In this document: positions 30,733 through 41,081 of the stretch, piece by piece
Layout: each line of letters begins with the position of its first letter
Position numbering within the stretch: position 1 is the first letter of the stretch
NCBI GenBank assembly: GCA_048538215.1
Contig: JBLYPV010000001.1
Span: 139,495-203,494 of the forward strand
Reading direction: 5' to 3'
DNA length: 64,000 bases
Source: Patescibacteria group bacterium
GTDB taxonomy: Bacteria; Patescibacteriota; Minisyncoccia; Phycocordibacterales; GCA-2747955
Made by a program: the position numbers and the translations under genes
The notes under the pieces: model-generated
What the model was told of the DNA's origin: nothing
What the model saw: only the letters and a program-made list of their open reading frames with translations
Database searches by the model: none

Positions 30733-30761
30733 CAAAAGGCCGCGCTTCGCGCGGCCTTTTG
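30733..30761. terminator. intrinsic terminator
   Basis: caaaaggccgcgc-ttc-gcgcggccttttg. Confidence 0.8.
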
Positions 30762-30776
30762 CATCTTCGTATGCCG

Positions 30777-30950
30777 TCACATATATCGTATCCGTGCCTG
30801 TTGCCCATGCACGACTCTAAGCGCAGTTTCGAGCGCTTTCGATTCTCCTGCTTGCACACAGATGTCGACCCGACGGCCGAGAGCCTGCACAAGCGAAAGA
30901 AGCTCTTCGTAGCTTGGAACAATACCTTTACGGATATGGACCCTGACCAT
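30777..30950 (-). CDS. small hypothetical protein (57 aa, GC-richer standalone cassette)
   Basis: GGAGG SD 6 nt before ATG; MVRVHIRKG...IRYM; terminator immediately downstream. Confidence 0.6.
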   Translation of the reverse strand: MVRVHIRKGIVPSYEELLSLVQALGRRVDICVQAGESKALETALRVVHGQQARIRYM

Positions 30951-31080
30951 TTCAGACCTCCTCTGTCGTTCATACTTCCTTATACTATTTATACTTATAA
31001 TTGTAATCAAACACAAACCACTTATCCACTTTCCCTTTTAGTGATATACTTAGCGTTACAAACTATCATAAATAAATCCT

Positions 31081-31536
31081 ATGAAAAAAATAGAAGAAAT
31101 ACGCGAAGATATGAAACAAGCAATGCGCAATAAAGATATAGTAGCCCTCAATACGCTTCGAGGATTAATGGCCACCTGTACTAATGAAATTATATCTCAA
31201 GGCGGTCGCCCGCAAGACGCAATCACTGACGAAATTACTAATGCAGTGATAAAACGACTTGTTAAACAAAGAAAAGACGCGATTGAACAGTACAAATCGG
31301 GTGGGCGTAATGATTTAGCTGCTAATGAGCAAGCAGAATTACAAATCCTAGAAAATTACCTTCCCGAAATGATGGGCCGAGATCAAATCAGCCAAATTGC
31401 AAAAGATAAGAAAGATGAGCTTGGACTAAATGATCCAAGTAAGACAGGTATCTTGGTAGGGATGGTGATGAAAGAAGTGCAGGGCGATGCCGATGGAGCA
31501 CTCGTAAAAGAGGTAGTTGAGGAGCTTTTTGATTAA
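31081..31536 (+). CDS. GatB/YqeY domain protein
   Basis: DMKQAMR.KD, KQRKDAIEQY..GGR.DLA..E..EL.IL..YLP. Confidence 0.95.
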   Translation: MKKIEEIREDMKQAMRNKDIVALNTLRGLMATCTNEIISQGGRPQDAITDEITNAVIKRLVKQRKDAIEQYKSGGRNDLAANEQAELQILENYLPEMMGRDQISQIAKDKKDELGLNDPSKTGILVGMVMKEVQGDADGALVKEVVEELFD

Positions 31537-31563
31537 ACTATTCTTTTTTATGAGAAAATACTC

Positions 31564-31596
31564 AAAAACCCACCGCTAGAAAGCGGTGGGTTTTTT
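31564..31596. terminator. bidirectional terminator (yqeY / tRNA-Phe)
   Basis: aaaaacccaccgct-agaa-agcggtgggtttttt. Confidence 0.8.
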
Positions 31597-31599
31597 AGG

Positions 31600-31673
31600 T
31601 GCTGAGAGGCAGACTCGAACTGCCGACCCTTCGCTCTTCAGGCGAATGCTCTAGCCAACTGAGCTATCTCAGC
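31600..31673 (-). tRNA. tRNA-Phe(GAA)
   Basis: Cloverleaf GCTGAGA...TCTCAGCA; anticodon arm TTCGC-CTGAAGA-GCGAA; GTTCGAG T-loop; CCA not encoded. Confidence 0.95.
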
Positions 31674-31791
31674 ATATCGAGCACAAACAATAAAGTTTGT
31701 ACTCGATAGTATGCCCCATCCCAACATTATATGTCGGTGGGCATGCGGGCTATTGTAACAACTTCCCTCCACTTTTCAATACCCATAGCCA

Positions 31792-32196
31792 TTACTTTTC
31801 TTCATTACTTGATTCGATTTTTTCAAAAAAACCATTAACAAAATTACCTATTTGCGAAACATCTACCATCATACTCTCTTGCTCTTGATCTTTTTGAGTA
31901 ACGAAATTAATGACCGGCTGGATAAAGTTTAGGTAAACATAAGCAATAATGGCAATAATCACTCCCCATTTTATAAGAGCAAAAATGGTACGCCGGGTAT
32001 ACTGAGATTGAATATTCCGTACTCGTGAATTGTTATCGCCCATCATATGTAGTATTCGATTGAGCTTATCGTCCATAATGCTTACCTGTCGCATTAGTCG
32101 ACGCTCAAAAGCACTCATATCATAATACTCTGTTTCCTCTTCCGAAGAATAAAAATTTTCATCCTCCATAATATCTTCATTATGTTTCGTTGCCAT
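31792..32196 (-). CDS. hypothetical single-TM protein
   Basis: ORF with coiled-coil and one TM helix. Confidence 0.7.
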   Translation of the reverse strand: MATKHNEDIMEDENFYSSEEETEYYDMSAFERRLMRQVSIMDDKLNRILHMMGDNNSRVRNIQSQYTRRTIFALIKWGVIIAIIAYVYLNFIQPVINFVTQKDQEQESMMVDVSQIGNFVNGFFEKIESSNEEK

Positions 32197-32200
32197 ATGT

Positions 32201-34972
32201 TTATTCTACTATGAGATTACAGATCTTCCCAGGAACATAAATTACCCTCGTAATTACACCCTTATCTATCCAACGCTTAATTACATCCACTTCTTGAGAT
32301 GCATTGATTACATCCTCCTCGCTTGAGTCTGGCGCTATAGATATAGTGCCACGCGTCTTTCCATTGATTTGTATCGCAAGCTCTACCACCCGATCTGCCA
32401 ACATAGCTTCATCATATTCTGGCCACGAATAATCAGAAATGTACTTATCCTCTCCAGTAATAATACTTATGATCTCTTGCGATATATGCGGAGCAAATAC
32501 TGATAGTAATTTAATGAATTTGATGTAGCTATCTTTATCTATCTTATCTGCCTTATCTATTGCATTCACGCAAATCATTAGAGCCGAAATTGCTGTATTG
32601 AATTGGAGTTCTTGAATATCATCCCCTACTTTTTTAATTGTTTTGTGCAAAATCTTAGTGAGACTTTCTGGCGTTGATTTAGCTATTTTATCTTGCTGAC
32701 GCCATACTTTTTCCAAAAATCTATACATTCCCACTACCCCATTTTCATTCCACATTATTTCGTCCTCAAGTGGTCCTGCAAACATCATATACATACGTGT
32801 AGCATCAGCACCAAATCGCCGGACCATTTCATCCGGGTTTACCACATTACCTTTTGACTTAGACATTTTTTTGCCCTGCTTATCTAATACATAACCTTGA
32901 TGACGCAACTTAAGGAAAGGCTCGTCAAAATCAAGTAAGCCAATTGATTTCATTGCTTTTACCCAAAATCGAGCATACAAAAGATGCATATAGGTGTGCT
33001 CTGCCCCACCAATATATAAATCCACTGGCTGCCAATATTTGCAATTTTCCTTACTACACCATTCTGTATCGTTTTGTGGATCTGCGTAGCGAAGATAGTA
33101 CCAAGAAGAACATACAAAAGTATCCATTGTGTCTGTCTCAGGAGTCCACCCTTCCCCAAATAATTTTTCAGTGCGTTCGTGTAGCTCTTTACTTTCAGCA
33201 AGTGGAGCGGTGCCTCGAGGCACGAAATTTACATCAGTCGGAAGTGTCCACGGCAAATGCTCATCGGGTACCAAATGTGCCCTACCATCGGGATCATACA
33301 CGATTGGTATAGGAGCTCCCCAATAACGCTGACGGGATATCGACCAATCCTTTAGACGATATGTAGCGGTCATTTCTCCACCTACCTTTTTAGTGATCGC
33401 CTCTCCGGCTTCTTCTGAAGATTGGCCATCAAATTCTTTTGAATTAAATAAGATACCTTTATCGCAATAGATTGCTTTCTTATTTTTGTAGTTTTCTAAA
33501 AAAATTCGTAATGAATCTGCAATATTATTTTGATTTAAAGCTTCAGATATAGTCATCTCTAGTATTTTTTCTCCTTCATGAAGAACAAGCCTGGAAGTAT
33601 TTACCCCCGAGATAAAATTCATACATACATAGTGTTCGGCTTCAGCACCTTTATATGTATAGGTATCTCTAATATTTTGAGAATTCACATCTAATTCAAG
33701 CTCTTCTTTAAGCTCACGGATTATTGTATCCTGCACACTCTCTCCTTCTTCTCTGGTACCACCAAATACTGCTATTTTTCCTGGATTAGTTTTAGCATCA
33801 GTGCTTCTTTTTTGGAAGAGAAAGACTCCGGGTTTGTCTACAAGCTCTATCATTGCTCCTGCGTGTGTAATTTTTTGAGGAGCTACAACAGAACGAATTG
33901 GTAAATTATACTTTTGTGCAAATTCGAAATCCCTATCGTCATGAGCTGGCACCGCCATAATTGCTCCCGTGCCATACCCAGCCAATACATAATCAGCAAT
34001 AAATATAGGAATTTCTTCTCCTGATGCTGGATTGATAGCACTGACGCCCTCAAGCTTTATCCCAGTTTTTTCTTTGTTCTCAAGACGCTGAAGATTAGAT
34101 TTCTTACTTGTATTGTATTGATACTCCTTGATCTCCTCCAGATTCCCCAACTTGGGAGCTAAGCTCCCAAGTAGTAGGTGCTCTGGTGCAAGTACCATAT
34201 AGGTAGCTCCAAAAAGAGTATCTGGACGCGTAGTAAATACCTCAATTTGATAATCAGTGCCTTGTACCTTAAAAGTAATTTTTGCTCCCTCAGATTTACC
34301 AATCCACTCATTTTGGTTTTTCTTTGTGTGAGTCGGCCAGTCTATCTTGGAATCATCCGTATGAATTAGATCATCAGCAAAATCAGTAATCCTCAAATAC
34401 CATCCTGGAATTTCTTTTTGGACTACCTCGCTCTTACATCGCTCACACTCTCCCTGCTCTACTTGTTCGTTTGCTAAAGTAGTATGACACGATGGACACC
34501 AATTGACTGTCTGTGTATCTTTATACACAAGATCATTTTCAAAAAATCGTGCAAAGAGCCATTGTGTCCATTTATAATACGCAGGGTCAGATGTATAAAA
34601 TATGTCGCCATAATCATAGCCGAAGCCAAGTGACTTCATTTGCTTGATAAAATTCTCTCCAGCAGTGCGTACTGTTTGGCTAGGATGAATACCTGTCTTA
34701 ATAGCATAATTCTCGGCCGGCAAACCAAAAGAATCAAAGGCTTGATTGTGTAGCACACTGTAGCCCTGCATTCTTTGGTAGCGATACACTATGTCGCTTG
34801 CGGTGTATGATTCGGTATGGCCCATATGCAGACCGTCTCCTGATGGATAGGGCAGCATATCAAGCATAAAAAACTTTTCATTCGAATGAGCATTTTTATC
34901 TGTCTGGTCTACCTTCTGCTCACTCCAATGTTTTTGCCACTTTGATTCTACTTCTTTATGCTTGTACTTCAT
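32201..34972 (-). CDS. leuS: leucine--tRNA ligase with inserted NUDIX domain
   Basis: PYPSG..LHMGH, FTTRPDT, GTGAIMAVPAHD, WSISRQRYWG, KMSKS; Nudix box in the insert. Confidence 0.97.
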   Translation of the reverse strand: MKYKHKEVESKWQKHWSEQKVDQTDKNAHSNEKFFMLDMLPYPSGDGLHMGHTESYTASDIVYRYQRMQGYSVLHNQAFDSFGLPAENYAIKTGIHPSQTVRTAGENFIKQMKSLGFGYDYGDIFYTSDPAYYKWTQWLFARFFENDLVYKDTQTVNWCPSCHTTLANEQVEQGECERCKSEVVQKEIPGWYLRITDFADDLIHTDDSKIDWPTHTKKNQNEWIGKSEGAKITFKVQGTDYQIEVFTTRPDTLFGATYMVLAPEHLLLGSLAPKLGNLEEIKEYQYNTSKKSNLQRLENKEKTGIKLEGVSAINPASGEEIPIFIADYVLAGYGTGAIMAVPAHDDRDFEFAQKYNLPIRSVVAPQKITHAGAMIELVDKPGVFLFQKRSTDAKTNPGKIAVFGGTREEGESVQDTIIRELKEELELDVNSQNIRDTYTYKGAEAEHYVCMNFISGVNTSRLVLHEGEKILEMTISEALNQNNIADSLRIFLENYKNKKAIYCDKGILFNSKEFDGQSSEEAGEAITKKVGGEMTATYRLKDWSISRQRYWGAPIPIVYDPDGRAHLVPDEHLPWTLPTDVNFVPRGTAPLAESKELHERTEKLFGEGWTPETDTMDTFVCSSWYYLRYADPQNDTEWCSKENCKYWQPVDLYIGGAEHTYMHLLYARFWVKAMKSIGLLDFDEPFLKLRHQGYVLDKQGKKMSKSKGNVVNPDEMVRRFGADATRMYMMFAGPLEDEIMWNENGVVGMYRFLEKVWRQQDKIAKSTPESLTKILHKTIKKVGDDIQELQFNTAISALMICVNAIDKADKIDKDSYIKFIKLLSVFAPHISQEIISIITGEDKYISDYSWPEYDEAMLADRVVELAIQINGKTRGTISIAPDSSEEDVINASQEVDVIKRWIDKGVITRVIYVPGKICNLIVE

Positions 34973-35022
34973 ACCAAGAGTATACCATTGCGTAGATTAC
35001 AATTCCAAAAATATAAATAAAA

Positions 35023-36447
35023 TTATTTATTTTTTTCTCTTTTTTCCTTGAGGGTAAGGCCTAATTCATCCCATTGTCCTTTTGATACAGTAGATGGGCT
35101 TCCCATCATGGGATCACGCCCTTCTCTTGTCTTGGGAAATGCAATTACTTCACGAATATTTGGCTCTCCTTGCAAAAGCATTACAAGCCGATCCAAGCCC
35201 CAGGCAATTCCACCGTGTGGTGGACAGCCAGATTCAAGCATTGCAAGCATATGTCCAAAATTGGTATCAATAGCTTCTTCATCGTGTCCCAACAATTGCA
35301 AAATAGCACGTTGTACATCTGCATTATGACAGCGGATTGACCCTCCCCCAATCTCATATCCATTAAGGACAATATCGTACTGTGAGGCAATGATATTTTC
35401 AATATTTTCTTTATTCATTAAATCATTAATGTGTTCTTCTTTAGGAAGTGAAAAAGGGTTGTGAGTAAATGTCCACTCTCCTTGAGCTTGGGGATCATCT
35501 GATTTATCAGTACGCTCAAAAGCTGGAAAATCCACTATCCAACAAAAAGCCAATAAATTGGGGTCTTCCCTGTCGGTGCGAATATCGGGACGGTCGCTTG
35601 CATATTTTTCCATTGCTTCTTGGTATGAAATTCTAGGGAATGGAATTTCTTGTATACGCTTTTCTGGATAGAGAGTCTCTACTAGCTTGACTAGAAGCCT
35701 TTCATTTATCTCCATCACTTCTTCTTCGGTGGTGAATGCCATTTCTAAGTCCATTTGTGTAAACTCAGGCTGTCTATCACCTCGCAAGTCTTCATCACGC
35801 ATACAGCGAGCTACTTGAAAATATCGCTCAAAACCGGAGCCCATTAATAGCTGTTTGTATTGCTGAGGAGACTGAGGTAAGGCATATGCATTGCCCGGAT
35901 ATAATCGAGATGGCACAAGATAATCCCGAGCGCCTTCTGGGGTGGATTTGGTAAGAATGGGTGTTTCTATTTCATTAAAATCGTATGTATAAAAATACTC
36001 ACGAATACTACGAATAATTTGTGACCTCATACGGATATTATTCTGCATACGAGGAGTACGCAAATCGAGATAGCGATGTGCTAGCCGTACCTCCTCACCT
36101 ATCTGGCGTGTGTCCTTATCCAGCTCAAAAGCAGGAGTAACTGCTTCGTTTAGCACTTTAATATGAGTAATTTCAAGCTCAATATCACCATTGAGAACAT
36201 CTTGATTTTTCATCTTGTCTGGTCTCTCATTCACTATACCAGTGATTTCCACTACCCACTGGGCTCGAAGCGTCTTTGCCACCTCGAGTACCTCTGGCTT
36301 CCCAAATACTACACCCTGCACCTTGCCCGTAGCATCACGAAAATCAAAGAAAGCCATTTTGCCTTGATGACGAGCTACATCTATCCACCCTTTGATAGTA
36401 CGCTCTTCTTTTTTATATTCTCCTAATTTGCTAATTTGTGTTCTCAT
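35023..36447 (-). CDS. aspS: aspartate--tRNA ligase (short, GAD domain absent)
   Basis: STPEGARDYLVP, LPQSPQQYKQ, RDED.R.DRQPEFTQ, PPHGGIAWG.DR. Confidence 0.97.
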   Translation of the reverse strand: MRTQISKLGEYKKEERTIKGWIDVARHQGKMAFFDFRDATGKVQGVVFGKPEVLEVAKTLRAQWVVEITGIVNERPDKMKNQDVLNGDIELEITHIKVLNEAVTPAFELDKDTRQIGEEVRLAHRYLDLRTPRMQNNIRMRSQIIRSIREYFYTYDFNEIETPILTKSTPEGARDYLVPSRLYPGNAYALPQSPQQYKQLLMGSGFERYFQVARCMRDEDLRGDRQPEFTQMDLEMAFTTEEEVMEINERLLVKLVETLYPEKRIQEIPFPRISYQEAMEKYASDRPDIRTDREDPNLLAFCWIVDFPAFERTDKSDDPQAQGEWTFTHNPFSLPKEEHINDLMNKENIENIIASQYDIVLNGYEIGGGSIRCHNADVQRAILQLLGHDEEAIDTNFGHMLAMLESGCPPHGGIAWGLDRLVMLLQGEPNIREVIAFPKTREGRDPMMGSPSTVSKGQWDELGLTLKEKREKNK

Positions 36448-36492
36448 ACTTCTTATTATAATTATCCATTATGTGTATTCCTAAGGCTATCA

Positions 36493-37461
36493 CTATAATG
36501 TAAAGCCGATCTTTTCTCTCACCTCTTTCATCTTGTGATCTGCAATTTCTTGTGCCTTCAAGGCGCCCTCTTGAAGCATCTGCTTAATATATTCTGGATT
36601 TTGTGCCAATTCTACACGACGAGTACGCATTTCACGCAAATAATCATTGATAATGCGTGCTATATGCTCTTTAATCTCACCGTAGCCCACACCGCCTTCG
36701 CTAAACATAGCTCGTAATGCAACATCCTGTTCTTTATTGCAAAAAAGTGATGCTATTTTATATAAAGTATACTCATCAGGATTTTTGAATTCTTCCACCT
36801 TTTTACTATCCATAGGAATAGCCATAATATACTCGAGTGTCTCTTCTTCACTTGCAAAAAGTGAGAGTTGATTACCATAAGACTTACTCATTTTTTGTCC
36901 ATCGCTACCAACAATCGTGCCTACCTCCTCTTTAATATACTCATCTGGCTCAATAAAAGTATCACCAAATGTATTATTGAATTTTCTGACAATTTCACGG
37001 GTCATCTCAATGTGTTGTCTTTGGTCCTCTCCGACAGGCACCACCTCGGTATCATAAAGCGCAATATCGGCAGCCTGTAACACAGGATAATCAAATAGCC
37101 CCACTGATACCTCTTTCTTCTTTGCTTCTCCATCTTTGAAGGCATGTCCGCGCATAAGCTGAGGCATTGTGGTAAGACAATTAAAAATCCAACAAAGCTC
37201 TGTGTGAGCCGGGATATCCGATTGTTTATAGAGGGTGACTTGGTTTGGATCAATGCCAATTGCTAGTAAATTAAGGGCTGTATTGTATACAAGCTCCTCC
37301 ATTTTATTTTTATCCTGTACCGTAATGAGCGCGTGATAATCAGGAATGAAGATAAAAGAATCATACTCGTACTGCATCTCCACCCATTGCTTGAGTGCTC
37401 CAAAATAATTACCAATGTGCATCTCACCAGTGGGCTTAATGCCAGACAACATTCGTTTCAT
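36493..37461 (-). CDS. trpS: tryptophan--tRNA ligase
   Basis: SGIKPTG..HIGNY, YPVLQAADI, VPVGEDQ.QH, KMSKS. Confidence 0.98.
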   Translation of the reverse strand: MKRMLSGIKPTGEMHIGNYFGALKQWVEMQYEYDSFIFIPDYHALITVQDKNKMEELVYNTALNLLAIGIDPNQVTLYKQSDIPAHTELCWIFNCLTTMPQLMRGHAFKDGEAKKKEVSVGLFDYPVLQAADIALYDTEVVPVGEDQRQHIEMTREIVRKFNNTFGDTFIEPDEYIKEEVGTIVGSDGQKMSKSYGNQLSLFASEEETLEYIMAIPMDSKKVEEFKNPDEYTLYKIASLFCNKEQDVALRAMFSEGGVGYGEIKEHIARIINDYLREMRTRRVELAQNPEYIKQMLQEGALKAQEIADHKMKEVREKIGFTL

Positions 37462-37504
37462 ACCTTGTGTATTGTAGCATATACACGTTATAATCAATCC
37501 AGCT

Positions 37505-37957
37505 ATGAGTGAGCAAATGATACCTCCACATATTCCAGATAATACTAATCGAGCGCCTGACGACAGACATCTAGGGCCAGAGCAAACTAGTGTTCTCGAC
37601 TTTAGTAAAATCGAAATTTTGGATTTATTTCATAATCGAATTATTTCAAATATCCTAAGTGATGTTGAAATTGAAAAGGATACCCGGGATTATATCCACC
37701 ATAAGTTTCGTGAAATTCTCCTTAGATATAATCATATTACAATTGAAAGTAAGGACGGAAAAGATTTTTTATCACCTCAGTGTATTCAATATATAAAAAC
37801 AAGTATCCGTAACACACTCGAACAAATATATGAATCCAACCGTGATACAGAAGATGCTCAAATTAAAAGTGAGTTCAACAACATAAATAAGTATGTGAGT
37901 GACATCCTTACCTCGCTCGAACGAGGCATACCACAAAATGTGGTAAAGCTTAGCTAA
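37505..37957 (+). CDS. hypothetical protein
   Basis: 150-aa ORF filling the gap before ung, with TATAAT just upstream. Confidence 0.65.
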   Translation: MSEQMIPPHIPDNTNRAPDDRHLGPEQTSVLDFSKIEILDLFHNRIISNILSDVEIEKDTRDYIHHKFREILLRYNHITIESKDGKDFLSPQCIQYIKTSIRNTLEQIYESNRDTEDAQIKSEFNNINKYVSDILTSLERGIPQNVVKLS

Positions 37958-37962
37958 TATTT

Positions 37963-38631
37963 ATGCATATCAATATAGAGTCAAGCTGGAAACAAGCACT
38001 TAGCCCCTATCTACATTCTCCAGAATTTGAAAAAACTATAAAAAGAGTGCAGAAAGCTTATACGGAAGAACAAGTATTTCCAGCACAAGAAAATATATTC
38101 ACTGCTTTCAATCTTTGCCCTTTCAACGCCGTGCGAGTTGTCATCCTTGGACAAGATCCGTATCACAATCCTGGGCAAGCAATGGGACTTTCTTTTTCAG
38201 TACCAAATAATGTAGCCCTGCCTCCATCGCTACAAAATATATATAAGGAAATTAGTGGTGATATTGGTAAGCCGAGCCAGAATGCACCACAAGGCGATCT
38301 TACCTCATGGGCAAAGCAGGGCGTGCTTTTACTCAACAGCGTACTAACAGTGCGTGCACATGAAGCAGGAAGCCATCAGGATATGAACTGGCAAAGCTTT
38401 ACTGATGAAGCCATAGCAGAGCTTTCAAATAAGCGGGAGCATATTGTCTTTATGCTTTGGGGGAACTATGCGCAAAGTAAAGTAGAGCTTATTGATAGAA
38501 GCAAGCATCTCATTCTTATTGCTCCTCACCCATCTCCCCTCTCGGCCCATCGTGGATTTTTTGGATCAAAACACTTTTCGCAATGCAATCAATATCTACT
38601 GTCACACAATATTACTCCCATACTATGGTAG
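37963..38631 (+). CDS. ung: uracil-DNA glycosylase
   Basis: GQDPYH, PPSL.NI, HPSPLS. Confidence 0.98.
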   Translation: MHINIESSWKQALSPYLHSPEFEKTIKRVQKAYTEEQVFPAQENIFTAFNLCPFNAVRVVILGQDPYHNPGQAMGLSFSVPNNVALPPSLQNIYKEISGDIGKPSQNAPQGDLTSWAKQGVLLLNSVLTVRAHEAGSHQDMNWQSFTDEAIAELSNKREHIVFMLWGNYAQSKVELIDRSKHLILIAPHPSPLSAHRGFFGSKHFSQCNQYLLSHNITPILW

Positions 38632-38694
38632 TTTTATTGCGTGCAGTTGTTTGATACAATAGTAGGACTATATTTATTATTATTTAAAATTATT

Positions 38695-40062
38695 ATGCCA
38701 GCAAAAAAACAAAATAGTGCAAAGAAAGGATCGGTAAAAAAGACGAGCTCAAGTACTAATACAAGCAAGGGAAAATCTCTTTCTAAAAAGAAAGCTCCAG
38801 CTCGTACAAAGAGTGAGAAAATTGCCGATAAAGATATGATGCCAAAGATCAAAGTAATTGGCGTGGGTGGCTCGGGTAAAAATGCCGTCAATTATATGAT
38901 CAAGCATGATGTAAAAGGTGTAAAATTTGTCGCAATCAACACCGATGCTCAAGATCTTGATCAATCAAAAGCTACAAAAAAGCTTCATATCGGAAGAAAT
39001 ACTACTGCAGGTACGGGGACGGGCATGAATCCAGAGGTAGGCAAAGAGGCTGCACTAGAAAACAAAGAGGATATTATAAAAGTCCTTGAGGATAGCTCTA
39101 TTGTATTTATTACTGGTGGTATGGGAGGAGGTACTGGTACCGGTGCCAGCCCTATTATCGCTCAATTAGCGAAAGAACTTGGCATTCTCACTATTGCTGT
39201 GGTGACACAGCCATTCACCTTCGAAGGAGGTAAGCGTATGGCTTTGGCCACTGCAGGTATTGAGGAGCTCGGGCAGTATGTAGATGCTTATATCGTTATT
39301 CCCAACGATAAAATTCTCGAAGTGGCCGATGAAGAAGCCACCATGAATGATGCTTTTTCATTATCAGATGATATTTTACTACAAGCTGTCACCGGTATTT
39401 CTAATCTAATTACCACTCCAGGACGTATCAATATTGATGCTTCTGATGTCCGTACTGTTTTAGAAGATCAAGGGCTTTCGCTTGTAGGTATCGGTAAGGC
39501 CGCGGGTGAAAATCGAGCAGAAGAGGCTGCTGCTAAAGCTATCAATTCTCCCCTCTTGGATATTTCTGTCCGTGGAGCTCGATCTGTACTCTTTTCTATC
39601 ACTGCTGGAGATGATTTGAAAATGACCGAAGTATCACAAATTGCTGAGACGATTACCAAAGAGATTGACCCTGAAGCAACAGTAAAATTTGGAACTATCC
39701 GTGATCTCAAGCTGAAGAAAGGAGAAATCCGTGTGACAGTAGTAGCTTCTGGCTTTGATGCCCACGGGCGCAGCACCGAATCAAAAATTAAACAAGTAAT
39801 TATCGATGAACCAGTAGATTTTTTTAAGGAATTAGAATCCGCTAAGAATCAGACGTCTTATACTCCCCTCACTACTCCTGTAGAAGTTGGCCAGCCGACA
39901 AGCACTATTCGTGGCAAAACTACCGTACACCCTACTTCATCAGCCAAAAAAGACACTAAAGATACTCAAGCTTCCCCAAAGGATAAAGAAGCTAACAAAG
40001 CTCCTCAAGCGGAGGACGACAGTGAAGATTTTTGGTCGCTTCCTGCTTTTCTTAAAAAATAA
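38695..40062 (+). CDS. ftsZ: cell division protein FtsZ
   Basis: GGGTGTG tubulin signature, NTDAQ, C-terminal LPAFLKK. Confidence 0.98.
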   Translation: MPAKKQNSAKKGSVKKTSSSTNTSKGKSLSKKKAPARTKSEKIADKDMMPKIKVIGVGGSGKNAVNYMIKHDVKGVKFVAINTDAQDLDQSKATKKLHIGRNTTAGTGTGMNPEVGKEAALENKEDIIKVLEDSSIVFITGGMGGGTGTGASPIIAQLAKELGILTIAVVTQPFTFEGGKRMALATAGIEELGQYVDAYIVIPNDKILEVADEEATMNDAFSLSDDILLQAVTGISNLITTPGRINIDASDVRTVLEDQGLSLVGIGKAAGENRAEEAAAKAINSPLLDISVRGARSVLFSITAGDDLKMTEVSQIAETITKEIDPEATVKFGTIRDLKLKKGEIRVTVVASGFDAHGRSTESKIKQVIIDEPVDFFKELESAKNQTSYTPLTTPVEVGQPTSTIRGKTTVHPTSSAKKDTKDTQASPKDKEANKAPQAEDDSEDFWSLPAFLKK

Positions 40063-40073
40063 TTTTTCTTTTT

Positions 40074-40997
40074 ATGACTTATGATCTTATCATTATAGGC
40101 GGGGGGCCCGCTGCAGTTGCCGCAGCGGTATACGCTGCACGCAAAGGGCTTCATACTGCACTGATTACTGATTCTTTTGGTGGACAGTCTATTGTATCGC
40201 TTGATATTGAAAACTGGATTGGCGACCAGCATATCAGTGGCGAAGAATTGGCGGATAAATTAGAAGCGCATATCCGTGCTTATGAAAGCGATGATTTTCA
40301 TATTTTTACCGGAGAAAAAGCTCAATCAGTAAATAGAAATGATGATGGTAGCTTTGTTGTCACTACTAGCAAAGGAGAACACACTGCCCAAACAATTCTT
40401 GTCACCACGGGCTCTCATCGCAAGAAGCTACCTGTGGCTGGAGCTGATCAATTTGAACACAAAGGTATCACCTATTGTGCTTCTTGTGATGGCCCTTTCT
40501 TTACTGGCAAGGATGTTGTAGTGATTGGGGGTGGAAATGCTGGCTTTGAATCAGCCGCACAGCTACTTGCTTATACTAAATCAGTCACGCTCCTTCAGCG
40601 AAGTGAGAATTATCGAGCAGACGCAGTGACAGTAGAAAAGGTACTTGAACATCCAAATATGACAGGGCTAACAGGAGTGCATATCAAAGAAATCAGAGGC
40701 GACAAAATGGTAAACGAAATTGTATATGAAAAAGATGGTGAAGAGATAGTGCTTCCCACCGATGGTATTTTTGTAGAGATTGGCTCTATCCCTACCACTG
40801 GATTTGTGCAAGAAATAGTGGATTTAGATGAGCACAATAATATTGTTGTAGATCCAAAGACTCAGCGTACGACCACTACTGGCATATGGGCTGCAGGAGA
40901 TTGTACCGATGGGCTATATCACCAAAATAATATCGCTGCAGGTGATGCAGTGAAAGCTCTTGAGAATATTTATCTCTATCTCAAAGCTGGAAAATAA
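40074..40997 (+). CDS. trxB: thioredoxin-disulfide reductase family flavoprotein
   Basis: GGGPAA, YCASCDG, GGGNAG, AAGD. Confidence 0.88.
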   Translation: MTYDLIIIGGGPAAVAAAVYAARKGLHTALITDSFGGQSIVSLDIENWIGDQHISGEELADKLEAHIRAYESDDFHIFTGEKAQSVNRNDDGSFVVTTSKGEHTAQTILVTTGSHRKKLPVAGADQFEHKGITYCASCDGPFFTGKDVVVIGGGNAGFESAAQLLAYTKSVTLLQRSENYRADAVTVEKVLEHPNMTGLTGVHIKEIRGDKMVNEIVYEKDGEEIVLPTDGIFVEIGSIPTTGFVQEIVDLDEHNNIVVDPKTQRTTTTGIWAAGDCTDGLYHQNNIAAGDAVKALENIYLYLKAGK

Positions 40998-41081
40998 TTC
41001 TTTGTTTTTTTCGCTCCTTTGCTATAATGCCCACATAATTTTCGCAAGAGAATTGTTTCTGAGGTATGACCTTGGAAGCTC

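Noticed and set aside
31022-31030. DnaA-box-like TTATCCACT, and weak matches upstream of dnaB
   Set aside because: Single mismatched boxes with no cluster; gene orientation points to a terminus rather than an origin.
30707-31133. rpsU (S21) expected upstream of yqeY; alternative ORFs 30707-30973(-) and 30759-31133(+)
   Set aside because: No S21-like sequence in the frames examined; the alternative ORFs run through the terminator or lack a ribosome-binding site.
35023-36447. Short AspRS (and short ProRS) as pseudogenes
   Set aside because: All catalytic motifs are intact; the losses are clean in-frame deletions of accessory domains.
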